Shown here piece by piece: positions 8,878 through 17,676 of a stretch of DNA of 48,315 bases. The stretch's first letter is position 1, and every line of letters begins with the position of its first letter. The translations under genes and the position numbers were made by a program. Source of the DNA: Pseudomonadota bacterium (GTDB lineage Bacteria; Bdellovibrionota; FAC87; UBA2466); assembly GCA_043767805.1 (NCBI GenBank), contig JAYUGC010000184.1, positions 1 to 48,315 of the forward strand. The letters run 5' to 3'. The notes under the pieces are model-generated. The model had not been told where the DNA came from. It did no database searches and was given only the letters and a program-made list of their open reading frames with translations.

Positions 8878-10860
8878 ATGTCTTGGTATTCCAGGGTGTA
8901 TGCTCTCTTGTTAGCGGTGCTGTGCGCCAACTCGGCGCTGGCGGCTCACGTCTCTTTCCGCGGCGAGGGCAATACGGCTCGTCTCGAAACGAGAGCGGTC
9001 CACTCACGGGACGCGCTCGCGCCCGTCGAGATACAGCTCTCCATCCCGGGCATGGACATCGATCGGACCGAAGACGGCTTCGATCGCATCGTAGTCTCGG
9101 GACTCGTTCCCATGGATATCGCCGGTAAGCCCGAGCTAATGACCACGGGAACCATCGTCGCCGTTCCGAACGGCTTCGAGCCCGTGCTCGAAGTGGTCCA
9201 CCAAGACTCTCGCAAGCTCGACAACATAGTGGTGCAGCCGGCTCAAGCTCGCTTTCGTTGCGGCCCCGCTCGCAGCGGCTTCGAGTTCGACACGGCTCTC
9301 TACCAGTCACGGGAAGCGTTCCCGGGTGAAGTCGTTTCGCTTACCGAAATGGGAAAACTTCAATCCGTGCGGCTCTTCCGCATCGGCATGAACCCCTTTC
9401 AGGTTCGCTCCGGCGACAAGAGCCTCGAAGTCACGACGGACCTCACGGTTCGCGTGAGCTTCAAGCAAGCTCGCGAAGCCGGCACCTCGGTGCTTCCGAA
9501 GTCTCTCTACGACATCGTCCGTAACGGCACGGCGAACGGACGCTCGCTCGGTAGCTTCGTGCACGCCATCACGGCGCAAGAGCAGATGATCCTCGTCGTA
9601 GGCGACAGCCTGAAGTCGACGATCAGCTCTCTCGTCGCTTGGAAGCAAGCCAAGGGCATCGACGTGAAGGTATACACGTTCACCGAAGCGGGCGGCACCA
9701 AAGAGAAGGTGAAGACGTTCCTCCAGAATCTTTACGACACGGCCACCGTGAAGCCGAGTTACCTGCTCTTCGTGGGCAACAAGACTTCCATGCCGGGTTA
9801 CATGGAAAACACCGGCAGCGGCTCGGCCGCGACGGACTACACTTACACGCTCCTCACGGGCGCGGACGCCGTTCCGGACGTTCTCCATGGCCGTATCGTC
9901 GCCGACAACGCGGCGGAAGTGACGACTCAGGTGAACCGCTGGATCAACTACGAGAAGGCGCCGGAAAAAGGCAGCTGGTATCCGCAAGGCATGACGATCT
10001 CTTCCAGCGAAGGCTCAGGTCCCTCGGATAAAGAGTACGCCCAGATGGTGGTCGACGCTTTGAAGAAGGGCACCTATAAAACGGTGGACCTCTTCAACCA
10101 AGGCGACACCACGGCGACGCCCGCGAACATAAGCGATGCCCTATCCTCCGGCCGCACCTGGATCGGATACTGGGGTCATGGCAGCGGCACTTCGTGGGGC
10201 TCGACCAACGGCTCCTTCGGCAACTCCGAAGTGGCAAAACTCTCCAACGCCGACAAGCTCCCCGTTGTCATCGACGTCGCTTGCCAAAACGGCTCGTGGG
10301 TAAATCTCGCCAAGCCCTTCGCTAAAGCGTGGGTCACCCAGGAATCGGGTGGACGCCCGGCCGGCGCCGTCGCTTATCTGGGCGGCTCCGTGAACGTCAG
10401 CTGGCATCCGCCGGCCGTGATGGCGGTGGGAGTCGCGAAGTATCACTTCGAAAAGCCGGTGCACTCGCTCGGCGGATCGGTCCTCGCGGGTCAGCTCTAT
10501 CTCATCGAAAAGATGGGTACGGGAGCTAACGTGACCGACAACCTCAAGTGGTACAACTTGTTCGGCGACCCGAGCTTGCTCGTGCGCACCGACGTGCCCA
10601 AAGAATATAACCTGAAGCAGTACGTCCGCACCAACCTCTCGGGCGTCAACGTCGAAGTCTCGGCGACCGACTCGAGCGGAAACGGCGTCGCCGACCTTAC
10701 CGTCTCCATCGTGGGAACGGCGGGACAGAACCTCGCGGTGGGAACGACGGCCGCGGATGGCTCGGCGACCCTCGTGCTGCCGGTAGCTAAGCTCTCGCCC
10801 AACACAATCCTAACGGTGTCGGGTTACAACGCCGAATCGCAACAAGTTACGTTGCAGTAA
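8878..10860 (+). CDS. Secreted gingipain-like cysteine peptidase (C25 propeptide + C25 catalytic domain + short beta-sandwich)
   Basis: Signal peptide; propeptide G.PEL; WKQAKGI, YLLFVG, TDYTY, D..PDV..GRI, INYEK, catalytic dyad WGHGS...DVACQNG, YNLFGDPSL. Confidence 0.92.
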   Translation: MSWYSRVYALLLAVLCANSALAAHVSFRGEGNTARLETRAVHSRDALAPVEIQLSIPGMDIDRTEDGFDRIVVSGLVPMDIAGKPELMTTGTIVAVPNGFEPVLEVVHQDSRKLDNIVVQPAQARFRCGPARSGFEFDTALYQSREAFPGEVVSLTEMGKLQSVRLFRIGMNPFQVRSGDKSLEVTTDLTVRVSFKQAREAGTSVLPKSLYDIVRNGTANGRSLGSFVHAITAQEQMILVVGDSLKSTISSLVAWKQAKGIDVKVYTFTEAGGTKEKVKTFLQNLYDTATVKPSYLLFVGNKTSMPGYMENTGSGSAATDYTYTLLTGADAVPDVLHGRIVADNAAEVTTQVNRWINYEKAPEKGSWYPQGMTISSSEGSGPSDKEYAQMVVDALKKGTYKTVDLFNQGDTTATPANISDALSSGRTWIGYWGHGSGTSWGSTNGSFGNSEVAKLSNADKLPVVIDVACQNGSWVNLAKPFAKAWVTQESGGRPAGAVAYLGGSVNVSWHPPAVMAVGVAKYHFEKPVHSLGGSVLAGQLYLIEKMGTGANVTDNLKWYNLFGDPSLLVRTDVPKEYNLKQYVRTNLSGVNVEVSATDSSGNGVADLTVSIVGTAGQNLAVGTTAADGSATLVLPVAKLSPNTILTVSGYNAESQQVTLQ

Positions 10861-10914
10861 ATCAGCGTTCAAGCTTCGCTTGAAGGCCGATTAGACGTTA
10901 CGCATTCCTCTTCG

Positions 10915-10948
10915 GCGGGCTCTTCCTAACGGGGGAGCCCGCTTTTTT
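10915..10948 (+). terminator. Rho-independent terminator
   Basis: GCGGGCTCTTCC-TAAC-GGGGGAGCCCGC hairpin plus TTTTTT. Confidence 0.8.
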
Positions 10949-11668
10949 CTATTTCTTGGATTCCGAGGAAAGCTGGCGCTCGGACGGACGCTTGACCTCG
11001 TAGATCGAAGTGCAGTGCTTACCGGTCAGCCAAAGATTCTGGCCGTCGTAGGCGAGGCCATCGATCACGGGACAGCTTTCCAAGTTGGGAAGCGTGAAGA
11101 ACTTGCTGAGCGTTCCCGACTTCGGATCGATGCGGAAAATCGTCGCCTTGTGCTCGGTGTAGCTCGATGCCCAGAAGCCGACGCCGTCCCACGCGAGATC
11201 CTCGATATCTTTCAGGGGCGTCTCGAGGGTTCTCACCACGGCCATCGTTTTCGGATTTAGGAAATAAAGCTTGTTGCTGTAGTTGCCGGTCATCACGAGG
11301 TTCGTGCCGTCGAACTCGAGGCCCCAAGCATGTTCCTCCGGCGTTGTTCCCTTTTTGGTGAACTTCAATTCCTTGCCGACGAGCGTGCCTTCGTAGATGC
11401 CGTTGTCGGAATAGCTCACGTTCCAGAGTTTTCCCGCCTGCCATTTCAAGCTCTCGCTGTAGCTCGAACCGGGCGTGAAGCGCGCCAGGACTTCGCCGTT
11501 CTTGGGATCGATTTTCACGATTTCCTTAGGCAGGGCGTGCCAGAGAAAACCGTCTTTCCAGTCTAGGCCTTCGGAGTATCCCGAATGGGGTATCTGGCGG
11601 ACGATTTCCAGCGGGTCGGCGTGGCCGGCTAAACAGACAAGGCTCAGGACTAAGGCAAGAATAGGCAT
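10949..11668 (-). CDS. Secreted beta-propeller protein, glutaminyl cyclotransferase (plant/bacterial type)-like
   Basis: Signal peptide from ATG 11668; IVRQIPH..YSEGL, repeated GL(A/E)WDG..LW blades, WGLEFDGTNLVMT..SNKLYFLNPKT. Confidence 0.7.
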   Translation of the reverse strand: MPILALVLSLVCLAGHADPLEIVRQIPHSGYSEGLDWKDGFLWHALPKEIVKIDPKNGEVLARFTPGSSYSESLKWQAGKLWNVSYSDNGIYEGTLVGKELKFTKKGTTPEEHAWGLEFDGTNLVMTGNYSNKLYFLNPKTMAVVRTLETPLKDIEDLAWDGVGFWASSYTEHKATIFRIDPKSGTLSKFFTLPNLESCPVIDGLAYDGQNLWLTGKHCTSIYEVKRPSERQLSSESKK

Positions 11669-12007
11669 ATCCCTGAATCGGCGTTTTTCGTCCCGCCATT
11701 GAGCTTGAGCTTGCCTTGAAGGGCGCATCCCCGTCACCGCGGGCGGCGTAAGACGTCACCGCGCCGGGCGACGCGGTGCCTCCGCATTTTTGGGTCTCTA
11801 TTATTACGGGTAGTTACGGCAGGGGTGGCCGAAAGCTGCCTTGGCACCTTCGTTGCTCTAGTGTCAGTCGCGTTTATGACTCTGAACGATACTAACCAAG
11901 GCCTACATTGGCCGAAATAGGACGGAGCCTTTCGACGGTCCAATCCCATTACCCCAATTACCCTAGAACGAATTTCTCTTCTGTTACCGTCGTTTTCGTT
12001 AGCTCTG

Positions 12008-12152
12008 GACCTCCGAGGTCGCTCCCAAGCGCCTCGGGGGTCATTATCCAGTCTTCGCTGGCGGCCTTAGGGCCGCTAGGCTACGACTGGCAAGCCTCTC
12101 TCTAAAGCGCTCCCCACGAAAAAAAACGCAGCGAAGACTGTCCGTCGTAGCC
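12008..12152. ncRNA. Candidate structured RNA with alternative pairings, family unknown
   Basis: Hairpin 12008-12042; perfect complements 12049-12060/12129-12140 (12 bp) and 12079-12087/12144-12152 (9 bp); hairpin 12061-12076. Confidence 0.4.
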
Positions 12153-12261
12153 GTGTGGCGCGCTACCCAGGTCCGCGACAACTCTCTGGACGCAGAAAAG
12201 CATTCGACGCCAGCGCGAGGGCAAAGACGGACTGCCAGCAAGTAATGCCGCAAGATCAGCG

Positions 12262-12561
12262 TTACTTCTTCGCGATCTTCTCTTCCTTGAACAAATACTT
12301 CGCGATCAAAAACACCACGAACGCCACAATCGTGAAGTCGATGCAGCTCCCGAGCACTTTACCGTACAGAATGCCGTTGTAGCTGAGCTTTCGGATATCG
12401 TCGACATTGGCGGCCTTCAGCGCCGGCTGAAAAATCAGTGGCATGAGAAGGTCCTGAACGATGGAGGTTACGAGCTCGTTCGCCTTGCCACCGATAATGA
12501 CCGCGATGGCCAGCCCAATTACCCCGTATAACTTCAAAAACCCGATAAACTCTTTAAGCAT
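12262..12561 (-). CDS. mscL: Large-conductance mechanosensitive channel (short MscL)
   Basis: MLKEF..FL...GVIGLAIAVIIG...LVTSIV.DLLMP...I.YG......IDFTIVAFVVF. Confidence 0.92.
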   Translation of the reverse strand: MLKEFIGFLKLYGVIGLAIAVIIGGKANELVTSIVQDLLMPLIFQPALKAANVDDIRKLSYNGILYGKVLGSCIDFTIVAFVVFLIAKYLFKEEKIAKK

Positions 12562-12870
12562 GGAACCCCCGACTTATTTAACCAAAAGGCTTCATTTACC
12601 GGGCCCGGTCTTCTTTGACAACCTCTCCTCTAGTCCGTAACTCGTACCAGGGCCCTCGCGCTCCTCGTGGATCGTCGCCACGATCTTGGCGCTCATTCCG
12701 AAAGCGTTTTGGCCGGAGCCCGTTTGGAACGAAATGGCTAACCGTAGCCTCCCGGCTGCCTGTCTAGCTCTGCTCTGCGGGATTGCGTTCTTCCGGCTCG
12801 TGCCAAGACGGTCGCCTGCCGAATTTCGTCCCGCCCCGCCCCGCCAAGCCCGGGCTTCCTAGCCCGCAAA

Positions 12871-13752
12871 TTGCAAACTCCCCACCTCGTGAAACGAGTG
12901 GGCCGTATTCTCGCCGTCATCGCCTTGAGCCTTTGCATCGGAGTTACCGCCGAAGCGGAGCACGGCACCCGCACGGGCCAAAAGACCGGCCACGAGCTGT
13001 CGGGGACCTCCAGTTCGACCTGGGCTCAATGGGAAAGAGTCCGAAGCCAATACCGCGTCAGTTCAAAAACCAGCCGAAAAGCGCTGGCCGCGCAGATCGT
13101 CGCGATCCATCCCTTGGATAAACTGCCGAAGCTTGAAGGCCCGACCGGCGAATGGATTGAGCCCGCGGCCGATTTGAGCGCCGCGGAACACGCTCGCCTG
13201 GTGCTCAGACTCAATCTGAAGCGCCTCAAAAGAGATCTCATCCAACAACTGGAGACGATGCTCGCGATTAATCCCCCCGATCCCAAGCCCGAGGTAGACG
13301 TAGCCGCCGCCATCGAAAAACTCGCCGACGTTTACCTCAGGGCGGTCGACGAATTTCTCGCGACGCATCCCGGAGCCAAGCCGCAGCTGGGAAGCCGCAA
13401 CCTCGTCGCCGACGCCGTGGGACTCCAGGACGAGTTTAATGCTCCTTGGTGCGCCGACTGGGCCGCCGCAATGTTGCAAAGCACCTTCCAAAAAATTCCG
13501 GGAAACGATCCTATCCATCAGGTCTTTCGCTTCGAGTGGGGCCAGGCCCACGCGAAATTTGCGTCAATATTTCCGATTCAACACAACTTTATGATCGTGC
13601 GCCCGGTGGGAAGACCGGCCCGTTTTCCGCTCAATCCGAAAGACAAAAGCGCTTTGATGTTTGATCCCTGGCGAACGCTCAACCCGCGCGCCTATTTCGC
13701 CAATCCCAAAGGGAGATGGTACGAAAATCCCACCAATACGGGCCTCGAGTAG
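12871..13752 (+). CDS. Secreted hypothetical protein with a putative C-terminal papain/transglutaminase-like Cys-His-Asp domain
   Basis: Signal peptide ending AEA; WCADWA...QHNF...MFDPW; exact start uncertain (12871/12889/12898). Confidence 0.65.
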   Translation: MQTPHLVKRVGRILAVIALSLCIGVTAEAEHGTRTGQKTGHELSGTSSSTWAQWERVRSQYRVSSKTSRKALAAQIVAIHPLDKLPKLEGPTGEWIEPAADLSAAEHARLVLRLNLKRLKRDLIQQLETMLAINPPDPKPEVDVAAAIEKLADVYLRAVDEFLATHPGAKPQLGSRNLVADAVGLQDEFNAPWCADWAAAMLQSTFQKIPGNDPIHQVFRFEWGQAHAKFASIFPIQHNFMIVRPVGRPARFPLNPKDKSALMFDPWRTLNPRAYFANPKGRWYENPTNTGLE

Positions 13753-13757
13753 AACTC

Positions 13758-14987
13758 TCAGCCCGGTTTGAGCTCGTCGAGGCGGCGGAGCGAAGGAAAG
13801 AGCCGCGCCCACAGCAGCGCGATGCAGATCGTGCCCACGCCGCCGAAGACGACCGCGGGCACAAGTCCCATGTACTGAGCGGTGAAACCAGACTCGAACT
13901 CGCCGAGCTCGTTCGAGGCACTGATGAAGATGAGATTTACGGCGCTCACCCGGCCGCGCATCGCCGGCGGCGTTTCGAGCTGTACCAAGGTTTGGCGGAT
14001 CACCACGCTCACGACGTCGGCCGCCCCGGATACGAAAAGCAAAACGAACGAGAGCAAAAAGTCGCGCGAGAGCCCAAAGCCCACTTGCGTGAGACCAAAA
14101 ATAGCGACCGCGATGAACATCCAGCGGCCCGCGTGCCGGCCAATGGGACGCCAGCCCAGGTAAACGGCGGTAAGCGCGGCGCCGAGTCCGGGCGCGCTGC
14201 GAAGGACTCCCATGCCACCAGGCCCGATGTGCAAGATGTCGGCGGCAAACATCGGAAGCAGCGCCACCGAACCACCGAAGAGGACCGCGAAGAGATCCAG
14301 AGAAATAGTGCCGATGATGGGCTTTTTCCGCCAAACGTATTTCACTCCAGCCAAAAGCGATTCCCAGGAAACGGGACTGGTTTCTCGCGGCTGATGCCCC
14401 GCGCGCACCAGGGCGAGAAGCACCACACTGAGCGCGAGAAGCCCGGACGCCACGGCGTACACGTACTGAGGCGCTCCGAACCAACCGTACAGCGCTCCCC
14501 CGACGGAAGGACCCGCGATGAGCGCCACCTGAAATCCGGAAGTGTGCCAGGCCACCGCCCGGCCGAAATGTTCCGGAGGTACGATTTGCGGCAGGAGCGC
14601 TTGATTGCTCGCTCCGAAAAACGCGCGCGTGACCGCGGCACCCATCAAGACGAAGTAGATGGGCCACAAAACCGCGGAGCCCGAAAGCGCATGAAACACC
14701 AGTACCAAGCAAAGCACCGCCCCTACGGCGATGCAGACGCCGGAAACCCATTTGCGGTTGTAACGATCGGCGACGTGTCCCGCGGGCAAAGTGAGAAGCA
14801 CCATGGGCAGAAATTGGACGAGTCCCACGTAGCCGAGCTGCATGGCACTGTGAGTGAGGCCATAGATCTGCCAGCCGACGGCCACCGTCAGCATCTGAAA
14901 AGCGATGGTGACGAGCATGCGGGAGACAATGAAGCGGAAGGTGTCTTGAATCCACCGATCAGACATAGCGAGCCTTCTGCTTACCAT
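13758..14987 (-). CDS. MFS transporter (EntS/MFS_3-like)
   Basis: 12 TM; VAVGWQIY.LT, AGHVADRYNRK, SLDLFAVLFGG, TP..MRGRVSAVN..FI..SNELGEFESG; start may be 14966. Confidence 0.93.
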   Translation of the reverse strand: MVSRRLAMSDRWIQDTFRFIVSRMLVTIAFQMLTVAVGWQIYGLTHSAMQLGYVGLVQFLPMVLLTLPAGHVADRYNRKWVSGVCIAVGAVLCLVLVFHALSGSAVLWPIYFVLMGAAVTRAFFGASNQALLPQIVPPEHFGRAVAWHTSGFQVALIAGPSVGGALYGWFGAPQYVYAVASGLLALSVVLLALVRAGHQPRETSPVSWESLLAGVKYVWRKKPIIGTISLDLFAVLFGGSVALLPMFAADILHIGPGGMGVLRSAPGLGAALTAVYLGWRPIGRHAGRWMFIAVAIFGLTQVGFGLSRDFLLSFVLLFVSGAADVVSVVIRQTLVQLETPPAMRGRVSAVNLIFISASNELGEFESGFTAQYMGLVPAVVFGGVGTICIALLWARLFPSLRRLDELKPG

Positions 14988-15031
14988 GATCCCGCATTGA
15001 CGGCACCCGTCCCGACGACTAATTCCGATCC

Positions 15032-15910
15032 ATGCCCCCGGTTTTGCAGCTTTGGTTCGGAGCCTTGCTCCTCAGCTTCGCGCCCATCTTCGTGAAAGCC
15101 TTGCCTACTTTGGGGGCGACCGCGATTGGCTTTTATCGCTGCTTTCTGGCGGCCGTGATCTTGGCGCCGACCGTCGCCTTCGGAAGATCCGTGCCCGTGC
15201 CCGCGGGCCGGTGGCGCAAGTATGCGACGCTCGGAGCGGTCGCCGGACTCATATTCGCCGTCGATCTTTTCGTGTGGCACCGGTCGGTCTTGCTAGCCGG
15301 CGCGGGTCTCGGGACGATTCTCGGTAACACCCAAGTCTTCTATCTCGCGGCGGTGGGCGTTCTTTTTCACGGAGAAAGACTGACCCGCCGGTTCATGACC
15401 GCCGTTTTTTTGGCGGCGGCGGGAACTTATCTTCTGGTCGATCCGGGAGGACACCCTTCGACGACGGACGGCTATTGGGTGGGAGTCGCTTACGGTCTTT
15501 CCACGGGAGTCGTGTACGCGGCGTATGTCGCCTCCATTCGCGCGCTCGAAAAGCTCGCCTTCCCACGGCCGCTTGGATTTCGTCTTTTCACCGTATCGGC
15601 GTTCACCGCGGTTTTTCTCGCCCTGTTTCAGGTCGCCGAGGGACACTTTCCAGTGCCGACCCTGAAAGAAGGGCTCGCGCTTCTGCTCCTCGGTGTCGTC
15701 GTTCAGATTGGCGGCTGGTTCTTCATTCAAAGAAATATCCAAAAAGTCTCGGTGTCGCGCGTGGGTCTTCTCCTTCTCACTCAGCCCGTCGGCGCGACTC
15801 TCTGGGGAGTGCTCTTCTTCCACGAAACTTTGAAGTTCGGGCAGGCCTTCGGCGGGGCGATGACTCTCTTCGCCGTATATTTGGGAAACACGCGATCGAA
15901 GAGCGGGTAA
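15032..15910 (+). CDS. DMT/EamA family transporter
   Basis: 10 TM; SFAPIFVK, FYRC, LFHGER, LLTQPV...LFFHE. Confidence 0.9.
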   Translation: MPPVLQLWFGALLLSFAPIFVKALPTLGATAIGFYRCFLAAVILAPTVAFGRSVPVPAGRWRKYATLGAVAGLIFAVDLFVWHRSVLLAGAGLGTILGNTQVFYLAAVGVLFHGERLTRRFMTAVFLAAAGTYLLVDPGGHPSTTDGYWVGVAYGLSTGVVYAAYVASIRALEKLAFPRPLGFRLFTVSAFTAVFLALFQVAEGHFPVPTLKEGLALLLLGVVVQIGGWFFIQRNIQKVSVSRVGLLLLTQPVGATLWGVLFFHETLKFGQAFGGAMTLFAVYLGNTRSKSG

Positions 15911-15942
15911 AATAGCCGGGGGACTCTAACCGGCTTTCTTCT

Positions 15943-16195
15943 CACCAGCGCAAGGCCTGGCAGAGAGAGTTTCTTCTCGCCGTGCTTTCGCGGAGTCAGC
16001 TCGGTACTGAGTTATCTCTTGTTGCTACTCGCCTTCCGCGCGGATTCCGCCGGGCTCCTCATCGGAGTCCGGGAGATCTCGGTGGCCTTCGCCGCTCTCG
16101 GAGGCAGACTTCTCCTGCATGAGCCGCTGACCGCGCGTAAAAACGCGGCGGTCGTTCTCATTCTTTTGGGGACCCTGCTACTGAAAGGCAGTTAG
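15943..16195 (+). pseudogene. C-terminal remnant of a second EamA transporter
   Basis: Not in the ORF track. 15992-16195 reads GVSSVLSYLLLLLAF...GVREISVAFAALGGRLLLHEPL..RK.AAVVLILLGTLLLKGS*, a typical EamA end. No credible start; apparent frameshift near 15991. Confidence 0.7.
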
Positions 16196-17055
16196 TTCAG
16201 TCGGCGCAAGGAGAACTGGTGCAGGGACTGCCAGTTGTTCTCGAAGGCCTTCATGCAGGTCGTCAAGTAACGATCGTAATCATCGTAAAGTCCCTGGCCC
16301 CACTTCCTCAAGATCTCACCCTTGTGATCGTGAATCCCTTTGAGCCAGAGTTCACAGGTGCGCTTGTAGTGAAAGCGCATGGAGTGCATTTCCACCACTT
16401 CGTAGTAGGGAATGCTCGCCACCACCAGATCTTCCACCCGAGGCGTCACCGCGCCGGGGAAAATCGTGTAGGTCGAGTGCCGAAGATCGTCGAGATCCGC
16501 CTTTTTGCGCGGCACCTGGCAGCGGGTGATGCTTTGGAGCGCGAAATACGTGCCGGGCTTCGTCCACGAGTGCACGCGCTTGAAAAAGTCGCGGTACATT
16601 TCGATGGCTTTACCGGAGCGCGCCTGCTCGGGCGTGACTACGTGCTCGATCATGCCGATGCAAATCGCCGCGTCGAAGGCGACCGGCGCTTTGTAATTAA
16701 GGTAGTTCTCGCAGTCGACCTTCGTGTTGGGAAGGTCGCGGTCGACGCAAATCTTGTGTTGTTCAGCGCTCAGCGTGAAGCCGTGCACCGTGGGCACCTT
16801 GTTGACGGTGGCCTGGTACTCGAGGTTGGCGCCCCAGCCGCAGCCAATGTCGAGCACGCTTTCCGTGTGGCGATCGATGTGGGCGAAGCGGCTCAGTCTC
16901 TTGAGCTTGTTATCTTGGGCGTCTTCGAGCTTATCCGAGAAATTCTCGGTGTCCTCGAACAAGGCGCAGGTGTAATTCATGCGCTCGTCGAGCCAGATTT
17001 TGAAAAAATCATTGCTCACGCCATAAGATACTTCGACTTCGGCCTGTGTAGACAT
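16192..17055 (-). CDS. Cyclopropane-fatty-acyl-phospholipid synthase family SAM methyltransferase
   Basis: Y.VSNDFF..WLD..MNYTCALF, LEDAQ..K, VLDIGCGWG, IGMIEHV, IFPG, HY..T...W. Confidence 0.9.
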   Translation of the reverse strand: MSTQAEVEVSYGVSNDFFKIWLDERMNYTCALFEDTENFSDKLEDAQDNKLKRLSRFAHIDRHTESVLDIGCGWGANLEYQATVNKVPTVHGFTLSAEQHKICVDRDLPNTKVDCENYLNYKAPVAFDAAICIGMIEHVVTPEQARSGKAIEMYRDFFKRVHSWTKPGTYFALQSITRCQVPRKKADLDDLRHSTYTIFPGAVTPRVEDLVVASIPYYEVVEMHSMRFHYKRTCELWLKGIHDHKGEILRKWGQGLYDDYDRYLTTCMKAFENNWQSLHQFSLRRLN

Positions 17056-17201
17056 CGAGTCCCCTCGGTTTTTTTTCGGTAAAGTTTAGAAATTCGACGT
17101 TATGGCCACGGAGATCGCAGCGCAAACAATGGCGAGAGTATTTATTTCACGAAGTTGACGCTCAATGACTGGACTTATGGATGGTGGGAGGAATGCCGAC
17201 G

Positions 17202-17235
17202 TTATTTCGAGGGGCCCGAAGGCCCCTCGAAATAA
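17202..17235. terminator. Perfect 15-bp hairpin, terminator of the 17239-17613 gene
   Basis: TTATTTCGAGGGGCC-CGAA-GGCCCCTCGAAATAA. Confidence 0.7.
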
Positions 17236-17238
17236 ATA

Positions 17239-17613
17239 TTAAAGCGTGTGCATGACGTACTGGAGCGTGAACGGAGCGAGGCCACTGACTTGGCCGTCTA
17301 CCTTGTACGTGCCGAGCGCGCCTGCGGTCGGCTTCAAGTGCACGATCAACTCGATCGTCTTGCCGCCTTTGGTGGCCTTCCAGAGCACGAGCCCAGGGCC
17401 GATGACTCGCACCTTGGCCGGAAGCTCTTGTCTCGTCTTCACGGTAGAAAGCGTGAGGTAGGCCTGCTTCGAGCCCACGGCGTGGGCCGTGCAGACAGTG
17501 AGCGTCTTGGACGGGGCGCCACACTGTTCGGCAACGACCGTACCGTAACGTTTCACTTCGGCGCTCGCCGAGACGGAACCGAGAACCAGTAACGCGGAAA
17601 GGACAGCTTTCAT
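17239..17613 (-). CDS. Secreted hypothetical protein
   Basis: Signal peptide ending ASA-E; AGGAG RBS; downstream hairpin. Confidence 0.8.
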   Translation of the reverse strand: MKAVLSALLVLGSVSASAEVKRYGTVVAEQCGAPSKTLTVCTAHAVGSKQAYLTLSTVKTRQELPAKVRVIGPGLVLWKATKGGKTIELIVHLKPTAGALGTYKVDGQVSGLAPFTLQYVMHTL

Positions 17614-17676
17614 GATGTACTCCTAAAGATCTAACCCAAAACCAGAGCTAGGGATAAGCCGGAAGGACGCTCCAGG

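Noticed and set aside
11748..11758. GTAAGACGTCA, identical to 43918-43928 (possible IS66 end)
   Set aside because: An 11-12-bp match is expected by chance in 48 kb; no partner inverted repeat or further similarity
11785..11835. Partial resemblance to the c-di-GMP-I riboswitch 3' hairpin (GGTCT...TACGGCAG...GCCGAAA)
   Set aside because: The GCAAA / GAAA-tetraloop / GACGCAAA 5' half is missing and there is no + strand gene downstream
12049..12152. HDV-like ribozyme or retron msr-msd interpretation of the pseudoknot
   Set aside because: Helix lengths and P3/L3 spacing do not fit HDV, and there is no reverse transcriptase in the window
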